Source: Candidatus Latescibacterota bacterium (GTDB taxonomy: Bacteria > Latescibacterota > UBA2968 > UBA8231). Taken from it: 64,000 nt of DNA. A program made the translations under genes and the position numbers. Under the pieces are notes generated by a model. It made no database searches and was not told the origin of the DNA. It saw only the letters and a list, made by a program, of their open reading frames with translations. Within the stretch, counting starts at the first letter, position 1. Every line of letters starts with the position of its first letter. The stretch lies in contig OZ242318.1 of assembly GCA_965208105.1 (NCBI GenBank), forward strand, positions 192,001-256,000. The letters are read 5' to 3'. Positions 47,928 through 57,849 of this stretch are shown here, one piece after another.

Positions 47928-48905
47928 ATGGAGATAACCTATCTCGAGGTCGAGGAGGCCGGGTCCCTGGCGCCGTTCTACAACGCCGAGTTTGCCCACC
48001 TGCCCTACCGCTATCCTGTGGCGGAGTCGGAGTTCTGCGCCGGGGTGCGCTTCCGTGCGGATGGGGACGAGCCCTACCCCAACCTTTCCCAGGAGAGGTT
48101 CATCGTTGCCCGGGAGGGTGTCGAGGTGGTGGGATTCGCCCACGTTGCCTTGTGGAGCAAGGAATCCGACGACCTCATCTGGATCGGCCTTCACCTGGTC
48201 GAAGAAATCCTCGACGACCGCGTCGGATTGATCCGCTTCTTTCACTACCGCGGCGGGCAGCGGCGCGCCGGACAGGCCATCCTGGAGGCGGCGGAGAACT
48301 ACTTTCGCCAATGGGGATTGAAGCAGGTCCGGGTCTTCAGCTACTACGCCTACCCCTTCTGTCTGTTCGACCGCACCTTTCTCTTCGACTCCATGGCCCA
48401 CGTGCACGCCCTCCTGCGCGCCAACGGCTACAGGATAACCCGCGGCAACGCCCTTCTGGACCAGCGCGGCCGTCTACCAGCCAGGCCCTCCCCCCCTGTG
48501 GGCGGCCTCGAGGTGAGCATCGAAGCGGTGGAGGGCCGCGGCGACCTGCCCAACGTCACTCTCCGCCTGATGCGCGGGAGCGAGGAGGTCGGATCTAGCT
48601 CCGCCGTCTCCCACGGACACTACTGCAGCGCCGGGCAGGCCCAGACCTCCTATTACGTGGGATGGTTCGGCACAGCGGGCCCGGAGCAGGGAAAGGGACT
48701 GGGAAGATATCTGCTGCAGGTGCTCCTTTGGGAAATGCAGGGAATCGGCTATGAAAACGCCACCCTCTACGTCGCCCTGGACAACCCCGTAGCCCAACTG
48801 CTCTACACCAACGGGGGTTTCCGCCTCGTGGACAACATGTACGTGCTGTTCAAGGACATGGAGAGGGAGCTGCCGCTCCCCGTTTTCAAAGGCGTAGGGT
48901 TCTGA
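47928..48905 (+). CDS. GNAT family N-acetyltransferase (tandem domains)
   Basis: QGKGLGRYLL, NPVAQLLYTNGGF; GGAGG RBS. Confidence 0.8.
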   Translation: MEITYLEVEEAGSLAPFYNAEFAHLPYRYPVAESEFCAGVRFRADGDEPYPNLSQERFIVAREGVEVVGFAHVALWSKESDDLIWIGLHLVEEILDDRVGLIRFFHYRGGQRRAGQAILEAAENYFRQWGLKQVRVFSYYAYPFCLFDRTFLFDSMAHVHALLRANGYRITRGNALLDQRGRLPARPSPPVGGLEVSIEAVEGRGDLPNVTLRLMRGSEEVGSSSAVSHGHYCSAGQAQTSYYVGWFGTAGPEQGKGLGRYLLQVLLWEMQGIGYENATLYVALDNPVAQLLYTNGGFRLVDNMYVLFKDMERELPLPVFKGVGF

Positions 48906-48928
48906 GCGGGCCGCTGCGGCCGGATGCC

Positions 48929-48957
48929 TTGATAGCCTCCGGAGGCGAAGGTATATT
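48929..48957 (+). promoter_or_regulatory. Putative sigma70 promoter
   Basis: TTGATA-17 bp-TATATT. Confidence 0.55.
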
Positions 48958-49028
48958 GTCGCCGGAATCGGCGTTGCCATGCAGCGGCGGCAACCGCCCC
49001 TCAGGCCGAAGAACCGGAAGGAAGACCC

Positions 49029-51533
49029 ATGCCCGAAGCATTTCTGCCCCTGGATCTGAGTAGATACCTGAACGCCGGCAGCGCAAACCTCAAGGTCGGG
49101 GATGGATGGTTGTGGCCGGCCTCCTCCGAAGGTGGAGAGACTGCGGCCTTGGATGGCATGCCGGCCGGGGAATGCCGGTTCTGGGGCGTTCCCTTTTCCC
49201 TGGCACCGGCTGAAGCGGCCAGGCGCTTCGTCGTCGTTGCCCGCGATGCAGGAGAGTCGCTGCCTGCATCGGCGACCATTACACTGGGAATGAAGGCCCC
49301 CCGGCTCCTCTTCGCCCATGTCTGCGCCCCTGTGCGGGGCGAGAGCAGCACCCTGGAAGGAGCAGGCGAGGCCATCGGCTCCTACCGCATGGTGTTCGCC
49401 GACGGCAGCGCGGAGGAGCAGCCTCTGCGGCGGCGCTTCGAGATTCACGACCTCGCCATTCCCTGGGGCCACCATCCCTTCCTGTGCCGCAACTGCCGCG
49501 AGTACCATCCCTATGCCATCGACGATTTGAGCGGTCCCCACGGCAGGGTGCAGACCGGGGTGCGGACCGACTACGGCGACGATCTGGGGGGATGGTGGCT
49601 GTTCGACTGGGAAAATCCGCGGCCGCGGCAGACCATCGAGGCCGTGGAAGTGACCGCCGCGGGCGATACCCCCATGGCCCTGGGCGCGGTGACTCTCTGC
49701 AGGGAGGAAGACGATCCCCTGGCCTGGTTGCCGCGCCGGGAAATAGCGGTGAGCGTGGAGAGCGGCCGGGAGGGAGACCCGGGCATCGAGGTGGAGATGG
49801 AGCGCGGCGTGGTGGCCCGCCAGGATTCCCTCTTTGTTCCCGGGGCGGACTTTCTCAGCGTGGACGAAAGCGGCTGGGGGCGCGGCGGGCAGACCGTGGA
49901 GGAGGGGGGCTACGTCGAGATTCACGGCTCTCCCAGGGGGCGGTTGCAGGTGCGGGCGGGAGGAGAGGTGGCCGAGACCGTGAGCTGGGGCGAGGTGGTG
50001 AGAAAGGGAGGGGAGCGGCGCGGCAGGGTGCGGGTGGAGGTCGTCGCCCCCAGGGGCAAGCAGTGGGTGCACGTGCGGGTGGAGGATGGATCTACGGGAC
50101 GGCCGGTAGGAGCCCGGGTCCACTTTCGCACCCCCCATGGGGCCTACCTCGCTCCCCACGGACACCAGGCCGAGGTCAACGAGGCCTGGTTCGAGGACCT
50201 GGGGGGCGACTGCAAGGTGCGCGGCACTCCCTACGCCTACATCGACGGAACCTGCCAGATCGACCTGCCGGTGGGCCCGGTGCTGGTGGAGGTTGTGCGC
50301 GGGTTCGAGTACGCACCTCTGCGGCGCCGGGTGGAGATCAAGCCCGGGCAGCGCCACCTGACCCTGGAGATCAACCGCGCCTTCGACATGAAGGAGCGCG
50401 GCTTCTATTCGGGCGATACCCACGTCCACTTCCTCTCGTCCCAGTCGAGCCACCTGGAGGCGGCGGGTGAGGACCTCAACGTGGTCAACCTGCTGGCCAG
50501 CCAATGGGGCAGGCTCTTCACCTCATGGGAGGAGTTCAGCGGCGGGCTGTCGCCCACCAGCAGCGCCGATCACCTCATCTGGGTGAGCCAGGAGAACCGC
50601 CAGCACGTGCTCGGCCACATCAGCCTCCTGGGCCTGAAGGAGATGGTCGCGCCCATGTGCACCGGCGGGGCCAACGAGGACTGGATCGGGGGCGAGGTCG
50701 AGGCGCTGATGGCGGACTGGGCCGAGGCCTGCCGCAGTCAGGGAGGGCTGGTGATCATGCCCCACATGCCGGTGCCCGACTTCGAGAACGCCGCCAATAT
50801 CGTCCTCGGACACGCGGACGCCGCCGAGATGTGCTGGGTCTGGCTCGGGGAGGAGATCGGCCAGGGCGAGCGGGGCTACTACCGCTGGCTCAACGTGGGC
50901 CAGAAGCTGCCCATAGTGGGAGGCACCGACAAGATGTCCAACGGCCGCGTCCTGGGCGGGTCGCGCACCTACGCCAGGCTGCGGCCCGGCGAGGAATTCA
51001 CCTTCGAGAACTGGTGCAGGGCGGTGCGCCGCGGCACCACCTTCGCCAGCACCGGGGCCATGATCGACCTGAGGGCCGAGGGCCGCCTCATGGGCGAGGA
51101 GATCGCCCTGCCGGGAAACGGCGGCGAGGTGGAGGTGGAGGCCGTTGCCGAGAGCGTGTGGCCGCTGAGCGCGGTGGAGCTCGTCGTCGGCGGGCGTCCG
51201 GTGGCGCGCCGCGATGCCGGCGGCGCCAGGCGGGTGGTATTGCGCCACAAGCTGAAGGCCGGGCAGTCCTGCTGGGTGGCGGCGCGCTGCTGGGGACCAT
51301 ACCTGACCGACGCCGGACCGGTGATGGCCCATTCCTCGCCAATCTACATCGACGTGGGCGGGCGCTGCGCCTTCGAGCCCGCGGCCGGGAACTATCTCCT
51401 GACCCAGATGGAGGGCGGCATCTCCTGGGCCGAGCGCCTAGGGGTATTCCGCGATGAAGAGGTGCGCTCCCGCCTGATCGCCCTGTTCCAGGAGGCCAGG
51501 CAGGTACTGGGCCGCCGCCGGTGCGGAGGATGA
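49029..51533 (+). CDS. CehA/McbA-family (PHP-like) metallohydrolase
   Basis: YSGDTHVH, QENRQHVLGH, MPH, YRWLNVG, GGTD, RTYA, AHSSPIY. Confidence 0.8.
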   Translation: MPEAFLPLDLSRYLNAGSANLKVGDGWLWPASSEGGETAALDGMPAGECRFWGVPFSLAPAEAARRFVVVARDAGESLPASATITLGMKAPRLLFAHVCAPVRGESSTLEGAGEAIGSYRMVFADGSAEEQPLRRRFEIHDLAIPWGHHPFLCRNCREYHPYAIDDLSGPHGRVQTGVRTDYGDDLGGWWLFDWENPRPRQTIEAVEVTAAGDTPMALGAVTLCREEDDPLAWLPRREIAVSVESGREGDPGIEVEMERGVVARQDSLFVPGADFLSVDESGWGRGGQTVEEGGYVEIHGSPRGRLQVRAGGEVAETVSWGEVVRKGGERRGRVRVEVVAPRGKQWVHVRVEDGSTGRPVGARVHFRTPHGAYLAPHGHQAEVNEAWFEDLGGDCKVRGTPYAYIDGTCQIDLPVGPVLVEVVRGFEYAPLRRRVEIKPGQRHLTLEINRAFDMKERGFYSGDTHVHFLSSQSSHLEAAGEDLNVVNLLASQWGRLFTSWEEFSGGLSPTSSADHLIWVSQENRQHVLGHISLLGLKEMVAPMCTGGANEDWIGGEVEALMADWAEACRSQGGLVIMPHMPVPDFENAANIVLGHADAAEMCWVWLGEEIGQGERGYYRWLNVGQKLPIVGGTDKMSNGRVLGGSRTYARLRPGEEFTFENWCRAVRRGTTFASTGAMIDLRAEGRLMGEEIALPGNGGEVEVEAVAESVWPLSAVELVVGGRPVARRDAGGARRVVLRHKLKAGQSCWVAARCWGPYLTDAGPVMAHSSPIYIDVGGRCAFEPAAGNYLLTQMEGGISWAERLGVFRDEEVRSRLIALFQEARQVLGRRRCGG

Positions 51534-51542
51534 GCGACGGGA

Positions 51543-52919
51543 ATGCAACTTCTGCGCCAGCTCGAAACAGTCGCCGAGCCTGACGTCCTGGTGGTGGGGG
51601 CGGGGTGCGCCGGCACCACCGCGGCCATTGCCGCGGCGCGGCGCGGGGCGCGCACCATGGTGGTGGAGCGCTGCGGCTTCGCGGGGGGCTACATAACCGC
51701 GGTGGTGGGACCCGCCCTGGACGGATTCGTCGACCTGCGCTCCGGTCTTCCGGTGGTGGGCGGCCTGGTCCTGGAGCTGGCGCGGAAGGCGGCCCGCACC
51801 AGCGCCGCCGGAGACCTCGCCGGTACCCGCTTCCACTTCAACGTCGAAATCGGCCAGATGCGCGGGGCGGAGCACAGGGTCCCCATCCGCTTCGACGTCG
51901 AGCGCTTCAAGCTCGAGGCCGACCGCGCGCTGCGCGCCGCCGGGGTGCGGGTGCTCTACCACACGGTGGTCGCCGACGTGGAGCGCAGGGGCGACCGCGT
52001 AACCGCGGTTGTCCTGGCCAACAAGAAGGGACTCACCGCGGTAAAGCCCCGCTGCGTTGTGGACGCCAGTGGAGACGCCGACGTGGCGGCCTTTGCCGGA
52101 GCCCCCTTCGATCTGGGCCCCGATCCGCTGCAGCCCATGAGCCTGCATTTTCGCGCAGGTCCCCTGGTCCCAAGCACGGACTTGCGCCGGCGCTGTGGAG
52201 AGGTGCTGGAAGAGGCCCACCGGGAAGGGCGGCTGGGCCTCTACGCCGGACCCTGGATGTCCGAGGTGGAGGCGGACAATCTCTACTTCAACGCCACCCG
52301 CATCAGCGGCAATCCCCTCGATCCCGACGATCTGAGCAGAGCCGAGATGCAGGGGCGCGAAGACGCGCGGCTGATGTTCGAGCTTTTCAAGGAGAAGATA
52401 CCCCAGTTCAAGGACGCCTGCTTCACCGCCAGCGGCCCCATGGTGGGGGTGCGCGAGTCGCGCCGCATCCGCGCCGCCGCGACCCTGAGGCTGGCGGACA
52501 TCGAGCGGCAGCGCGGCTGCGACGACGTTGTATGCCTGGGCGCCTGGTGGCTGGACCGCCATCCGCAGGACAGCTCCGGCTACCATGCCCACACCATGGT
52601 GCGGCCCTACGACATCTCCTATGGTACCCTGGTGCCGCGGGAGCTGGCCAACGTCTGGGTGGCGGGGCGCTGCCACGGCGCCGAGCCTGCCGCCCTGGCC
52701 TCGAGCCGGGTCACCGTAACCTGCATGGGCATGGGACAGGCGGCTGGAACGGCGGCTGCCCTTGCCGTTGCCGCCGGCTGCGACGCCCCGGAGGTGGATA
52801 CAGGACGGCTGCAGGCGAACCTGGTTGCCGATGGGGCGATCATCCTGGAACGCGCCGACGCCGTGCGCAAGGTGGGGGACGAGCTCGCCGTGGAGGAGAG
52901 CGGCTGGGCGTCGCGTTGA
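51543..52919 (+). CDS. FAD-dependent oxidoreductase
   Basis: DVLVVGAGCAG, VDASGDADVA, GVRESRRI, NVWVAGRC, CMGMGQAAG. Confidence 0.9.
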   Translation: MQLLRQLETVAEPDVLVVGAGCAGTTAAIAAARRGARTMVVERCGFAGGYITAVVGPALDGFVDLRSGLPVVGGLVLELARKAARTSAAGDLAGTRFHFNVEIGQMRGAEHRVPIRFDVERFKLEADRALRAAGVRVLYHTVVADVERRGDRVTAVVLANKKGLTAVKPRCVVDASGDADVAAFAGAPFDLGPDPLQPMSLHFRAGPLVPSTDLRRRCGEVLEEAHREGRLGLYAGPWMSEVEADNLYFNATRISGNPLDPDDLSRAEMQGREDARLMFELFKEKIPQFKDACFTASGPMVGVRESRRIRAAATLRLADIERQRGCDDVVCLGAWWLDRHPQDSSGYHAHTMVRPYDISYGTLVPRELANVWVAGRCHGAEPAALASSRVTVTCMGMGQAAGTAAALAVAAGCDAPEVDTGRLQANLVADGAIILERADAVRKVGDELAVEESGWASR

Positions 52920-53034
52920 ATTCGACCGGCAGCGGTGTTGCCGGCGCGCCGCGAATGTTGCCTTTCGGCCCGCTCCCGGCGGCCGCCCGGGCCCCGGGGT
53001 TCGACCGGAATGAACAGTTTATGAGGAGACCGGG

Positions 53035-53925
53035 ATGTTGACCGAGCAGCAAGTGGAGGAGTTCAACCGCAATGGCTTTCTCAACGGCGGCCGCGTCCTC
53101 GGAGACGGAGAGGTGGAGGAGCTGGCCGCCGAGCTGGACCGGATTTTGAAGATCGGGGATGGCGGATTCGCCGAGGACGAGCCCCGGCCCGTTCTGCTGC
53201 GCGACCTGAACGAGGGTCTGCGGGAATCCGGGTCCCGGCCGGTCTGGCAGGTGGTCAACATCTGGGAGGCCTCGCCGGCCTTCGAACGGCTCCTCTACAA
53301 CCGAGCCATCGTCAGGGCGGTCAGCCAGCTGACCGCGGAGCCTGACCTGCTCATCTGGCACGACCAGATCCAGTACAAGCCCGCCTTCAGCGGCGGGGCT
53401 ACCCGCTGGCACCAGGACGCCCCCCTCTGGCCCAGCATCCGTCCCATGACCCCGGTGTCGGCGTGGATCCCCCTCGACGACGCCGATACCGGCAACGGCT
53501 GCATGTGGATGGTTCCAGGGAGCCACGCGTGGGGCAACCAGATCGAGTTTCTCAACACCCAGGGGAACCTCAGGGAGCTTGGAGAATTGGCCGCAATCAG
53601 CGGGTTCTCGCCTCCGCCCGGTGCCGAAATCGACGACGTCCGGCCCCGGCCCTGGCCGGTGGCGCGAGGCGAGGTCTCGTTCCACCACTCGCTCACCTGG
53701 CACAGCTCCCCCCCCAACGTCTCCGGGCGCCCGCGGCGGGCCATCGCCATCCACTACATGACCGGCAAGGCCCGGTTCGTGGCCGCAGGCGGCCATCTCA
53801 TGAGCAAGTTCGTGGACCTGGAGGACGGGGAGCTCATGTCCGCCGCCGGCGAGCATTTCCCCATGGTATGCAAAGGCGGCAAGCCAACCGGACCGCCGCG
53901 AAGGCTCAAGAGCGCGGCGCGCTGA
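53035..53925 (+). CDS. Phytanoyl-CoA dioxygenase (PhyH) family enzyme
   Basis: FNRNGF, WHQD, NGCMWMVPGSH, FHHSLTWHSS, RRAIAIHY. Confidence 0.9.
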   Translation: MLTEQQVEEFNRNGFLNGGRVLGDGEVEELAAELDRILKIGDGGFAEDEPRPVLLRDLNEGLRESGSRPVWQVVNIWEASPAFERLLYNRAIVRAVSQLTAEPDLLIWHDQIQYKPAFSGGATRWHQDAPLWPSIRPMTPVSAWIPLDDADTGNGCMWMVPGSHAWGNQIEFLNTQGNLRELGELAAISGFSPPPGAEIDDVRPRPWPVARGEVSFHHSLTWHSSPPNVSGRPRRAIAIHYMTGKARFVAAGGHLMSKFVDLEDGELMSAAGEHFPMVCKGGKPTGPPRRLKSAAR

Positions 53926-53944
53926 TTACTCAAGGAAAGGGCAC

Positions 53945-55102
53945 ATGGAAAAGGTAAAAATCGGGATCATCGGCATGGGCGGCATGGGCACGAACCACGC
54001 GGAGTACCTGTCCGCCGGAGAGATCGAGGAAGCGGAGCTGACGGCGGTCTGCGACGTCAGGGAAGCGCGGCTGGAGTGGGCGCGGCAGAACCTGGGCCCC
54101 GGGGTCCAGGTCTTCGACAGCGCCGACGCCCTCCTGGCCGCCGGGGCGGCCGACGCCGTCCTCATCGCCACCCCCCACTATTTCCACCCGCCGCTGGCCA
54201 TCCAGGCCCTGGAGTCCGGCCTCCACGTGATGTCCGAGAAACCGGCGGGTGTCTACACCCGGCAGGTGCGGGAAATGAACGAGGCCGCGGCCAGAAGCGG
54301 CAAGGTCTTCGGAGTGATGTTCAACCAGCGCAACCGCGGGGAGCATCAGAAGCTGAAAGAGCTGGTGGACTCGGGAGAGCTGGGCGAAATCGTGCGCACG
54401 AACTATCTCATCACCGACTGGTTCCGCGCCCAGAGCTACTACGACGGCGGCGGCTGGCGCGCCACCTGGGCGGGGGAAGGCGGCGGTGTCCTGGTCAACC
54501 AGTGTCCCCACAATCTCGATCTATGGCAGTGGATCTGCGGAATGCCCGAACGGGTGCGCGCCTTCGTGGGGATGGGCAAGTACCACGACATCGAGGTGGA
54601 CGACGACGTGACCGCCTACGTGGAGTACGAAAACGGGGCAACCGGGGTCTTCATCACCACCACCGGGGAGGCGCCGGGGACCAATCGCCTGGAGATTTCC
54701 GGCGACCGGGGCAAGCTCCTGCTGGAGGACGGCAACATCACCTTCTGGCGCACGGTGGTTCCGGTCAGCCGCTTCCGCCGGGAGTGGAAGGGGGGATTCG
54801 GATCCCCCGAGGTGTGGAAGTGCGCGATTCCCGCGCCGGCCAGCGACCAGGAGCACCGGGGAATAACCAGGAACTGGGTGGAGGCCATCCTCCACGGCAC
54901 CCCGCTGCTGGCGCGGGGGGAGGAAGGCATCAACGGGGTGGAGCTGGCCAATGCCATGCTGCTTTCGAGCTGGACCGACGACTGGGTTTCCATTCCGGTG
55001 GATGAGGACCTGTTCTACCGAATGCTGCAGGAGAAGATCGAGTCGTCTACCGTTTCCAAGGAGGACCGGGACACCCTCATGGAGGTGGAAGGGACCTTCT
55101 GA
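53945..55102 (+). CDS. Gfo/Idh/MocA family oxidoreductase
   Basis: IGIIGMGGMG, ATPHYFH, SEKP, GGGVLVNQCPHNLD. Confidence 0.93.
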   Translation: MEKVKIGIIGMGGMGTNHAEYLSAGEIEEAELTAVCDVREARLEWARQNLGPGVQVFDSADALLAAGAADAVLIATPHYFHPPLAIQALESGLHVMSEKPAGVYTRQVREMNEAAARSGKVFGVMFNQRNRGEHQKLKELVDSGELGEIVRTNYLITDWFRAQSYYDGGGWRATWAGEGGGVLVNQCPHNLDLWQWICGMPERVRAFVGMGKYHDIEVDDDVTAYVEYENGATGVFITTTGEAPGTNRLEISGDRGKLLLEDGNITFWRTVVPVSRFRREWKGGFGSPEVWKCAIPAPASDQEHRGITRNWVEAILHGTPLLARGEEGINGVELANAMLLSSWTDDWVSIPVDEDLFYRMLQEKIESSTVSKEDRDTLMEVEGTF

Positions 55103-55151
55103 GAGTTCGGCTGCATGGAAGCGCAGGTGCCGGGCGGCGAGGCCGCTCCTC

Positions 55152-56732
55152 TCAGTGCGGAGGCGGTTCGGGGCTCTCCTCGAACCAGTAGGAGAAGAAG
55201 GATCCGCCCTTCAAGGTGAATCGAAGCTGCACGAACCGGTTCTTGAGGGAGTCGAGTTCGCCCTCTGCCCACTGCAATGGATAGCGGGAATGGTCACCGC
55301 TCAGGGTCTGAGAGCGGGCGACTGATTTGCCGCTGGCGTCCAGGACCTCGGCCTGGAACGAGCCCGCGTCCACGTTGGCGAAGAGCCACGGACTCCGGAG
55401 CAGGAAGGGCTCGGTGAGCAATGTTCCACCTTCGTCGTCGGCGTCGAGGGAGACGAAGCCGTCGCGGCGCAGGGTGGCCAGGCAGATGGCGCTGGTTACG
55501 GGGTCGGGGTCCGGCGGCGCCGACCTGTACTTGGCTCCCATGTAGTAAAGCCGCAGTTGGTCGCCGGCCGCAACCGGTCGCGTCGGCGGCATGATCTGGG
55601 TCAGATCGTAGGCGCCCGAATCCACCCGCGATGGGCCGATGAAAGGGCGGCGCTCGCCCAGGCGCTCCCAGTGGCGCAGGTCGCGGCTGCAGGTCAGCTG
55701 AACGAGGTGGAAGCCGTCGGAGTTCTCGTCGACGTCGCCGGTGTGGTGGAAGAAGGCGGCCATTCCCAGGTAGAGCCCCTCGTAGCGGAACACGCTCATG
55801 TTGTAGACGTCCACGAAGTACTCTTCGGGCACGTTGTGCTGGGGCTGGATCAGACCCGGGTCGGCAAGGCGGGCGGCGATTGCCTGGCGCGCCAGCTCCT
55901 GGTCCTGCTCGTCGGCGTGAAAGACGAGCTCGGGACTGGTCCAATGGTCGAAGTCCTTGCTGGTGGCCAGGGATATGGAGCGGCCGCGGGGGCTCATCTC
56001 CCCTTCCTTGAGGGTGGCGATGTAGGTTCCGGTCACCTCGTCATAGCTGAAGTTGCCCTCATCGCCGGTGGGCAGCCCGGGGCGGTCCAGCCTTCGCCAG
56101 TTGATGCCGTCGGGGCTGACCACCAGGTCGCGGGTCTGGAAGGAGCCCCGGCCCTCGTAGCGCTCTCCCGGATCGGCGCCGGGGCGCTCCTTGACGTGAA
56201 TCACCCAGCTCAACTGGTAGACGGATGGGTCGTTGAGGACGTGTCTCTCGGGGTAGGCCAGGCGCCAGGGATTGTGGACCAGCTTCCAGTTGGCGCGGCT
56301 GGGACTGACCACGCGCTCGCCGGCGCCGCGAAGCCGCAGGCCCTTGTAGCGCCGCGAGGGGTCCGGGTCGGCGGGATCGTAGATTACGTGTTCGCCGCAG
56401 GGTCCGGCGACCAGGCTGTTCTCGAGGGAGCCCTTGTGCTCGCGGCAGCGCAGGATGGGCCTGGTCCAGGCCAGGCCGTCGCCGCTCTCGGCGTAGGACA
56501 TCCCACCCTCGGTCATGATCCACAGCTTGTAGCGGCGCTCCTCCGGCACCCAGGCCGGCATGCAGCGGCTTTGTATGGCGGTCTCGCGGGGATATTCCGG
56601 CTCGATGACGGCTCCCTGCTTCTGGGGCTGATGCATGGTGCGGGTCAGGTTCTCGACGGCGGCCACCCCGTGGTCGTCGACGAAGAGCTGGCGCTGTCCC
56701 GAGGGAATGTCGAAAGGCATTGCGGCGGTCAA
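55152..56732 (-). CDS. Hypothetical protein, probable beta-propeller glycoside hydrolase-like
   Basis: QLFVDD; Asp-box-like YAESGDGLAW, SPDGINW, TSKDFDHW, SRDLRHW; LRRDGFVSL; AAGGAG RBS before TTG at 56732. Confidence 0.65.
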   Translation of the reverse strand: MTAAMPFDIPSGQRQLFVDDHGVAAVENLTRTMHQPQKQGAVIEPEYPRETAIQSRCMPAWVPEERRYKLWIMTEGGMSYAESGDGLAWTRPILRCREHKGSLENSLVAGPCGEHVIYDPADPDPSRRYKGLRLRGAGERVVSPSRANWKLVHNPWRLAYPERHVLNDPSVYQLSWVIHVKERPGADPGERYEGRGSFQTRDLVVSPDGINWRRLDRPGLPTGDEGNFSYDEVTGTYIATLKEGEMSPRGRSISLATSKDFDHWTSPELVFHADEQDQELARQAIAARLADPGLIQPQHNVPEEYFVDVYNMSVFRYEGLYLGMAAFFHHTGDVDENSDGFHLVQLTCSRDLRHWERLGERRPFIGPSRVDSGAYDLTQIMPPTRPVAAGDQLRLYYMGAKYRSAPPDPDPVTSAICLATLRRDGFVSLDADDEGGTLLTEPFLLRSPWLFANVDAGSFQAEVLDASGKSVARSQTLSGDHSRYPLQWAEGELDSLKNRFVQLRFTLKGGSFFSYWFEESPEPPPH

Positions 56733-56781
56733 TGGGATTCTCCTTTTCAATCCATGAGAGGGCGGATTCGAGGCGGGTCGG

Positions 56782-57801
56782 ATGAGAGATAAGCAAAGGG
56801 ATATGGGCTGTCAAGACAGCCGGCGGGACCGTGACGGGAAGGGCACCTGCTCACCGGACGAAGACTACGAGCCGCCGTTTCCACTGTTCAACGGCCACTT
56901 GCAGACCATCGTCCCCGGTATCCTGCGGCGGGTCCGGGGGGTGAGGTTCCGGCGCGAGAGGATAATCACCGGGGACGACGACTTCCTGGACCTGGACTGG
57001 TCCCGGACCGGGGCGGGGAAGCTCGCGGTCGTCTCCCACGGCATGGAGGGCAACAGCCGCAGGCCCTACGTCCTGGGCATGGTAAAGGCCCTCAACGCGG
57101 CAGGCTGGGACGCCCTGGCCTGGAACCTGCGCGGCTGCAGCGGCGAACCCAACAGACAGCTGCGTTTCTACCATGCGGGGGCCACCGACGATCTCGCGGC
57201 GGTGATCAGCCACGCCCTCTCCCGCGGGACCTACGGGGCCGTCGTCCTGGTGGGATTCAGCCTGGGTGGAAACCTGGTGCTGAAGTACCTCGGGGAGCGC
57301 CGCGATCAGCTGCCGCCGCCGATCCGGAAGGCCGCGGTCTTCTCCGTGCCCTGCGATCTGCGCTCCGGGGCCGTGGAGCTGGACAAGTGGCAGAACGGCA
57401 TCTACCGGAGGCGGTTTCTTCGCACCCTCAAGCACAAGGTGCGGGAGAAGGCCGCCTCGATGCCGGGCCTGCTCAGCGCCGCGGGGCTGGACGAGGTCCG
57501 CACCCTGCGCCACTTCGACGAGCGCTACACCGCCCCCCTCCACGGCTTCGGCAGCGCGGAGGACTACTGGCGCCGCAGCAGTTCCCTGCACTTCCTCGAG
57601 GGGATCCGGGTGCCGGCCCTGATCGTCAACGCGCGCAACGATCCCCTGCTGGGAGAGGGCTGCTATCCGGTGGAGGAAGTGAAGGACCAGCCCTTCCTGC
57701 GGCTGAAGATGCCCTTGCAGGGGGGGCACGTGGGGTTTCCCGGCGGCGGGTTGTTGTGGTCGGAGAGACTGGCGGTTTCGTTCTTCACCGGCGGCGGGTA
57801 G
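56782..57801 (+). CDS. Alpha/beta hydrolase, YheT family
   Basis: GHLQTI, DFLDLDW, HGMEG, RGCSGEPN, GFSLGGN, GGHVGF. Confidence 0.9.
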   Translation: MRDKQRDMGCQDSRRDRDGKGTCSPDEDYEPPFPLFNGHLQTIVPGILRRVRGVRFRRERIITGDDDFLDLDWSRTGAGKLAVVSHGMEGNSRRPYVLGMVKALNAAGWDALAWNLRGCSGEPNRQLRFYHAGATDDLAAVISHALSRGTYGAVVLVGFSLGGNLVLKYLGERRDQLPPPIRKAAVFSVPCDLRSGAVELDKWQNGIYRRRFLRTLKHKVREKAASMPGLLSAAGLDEVRTLRHFDERYTAPLHGFGSAEDYWRRSSSLHFLEGIRVPALIVNARNDPLLGEGCYPVEEVKDQPFLRLKMPLQGGHVGFPGGGLLWSERLAVSFFTGGG

Positions 57802-57849
57802 AGGCGCCGCAGGCGGGAGCCGGGTGGCGCAGGTCCTCGGCCTAACCGC

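Noticed and set aside
51531-51545. In-frame TGA between the CehA-like gene and the FAD oxidoreductase (selenocysteine or readthrough fusion)
   Set aside because: Both proteins look complete alone, the TGA is not at a catalytic position, no SECIS-like hairpin was recognised, and same-frame spacing occurs by chance one time in three
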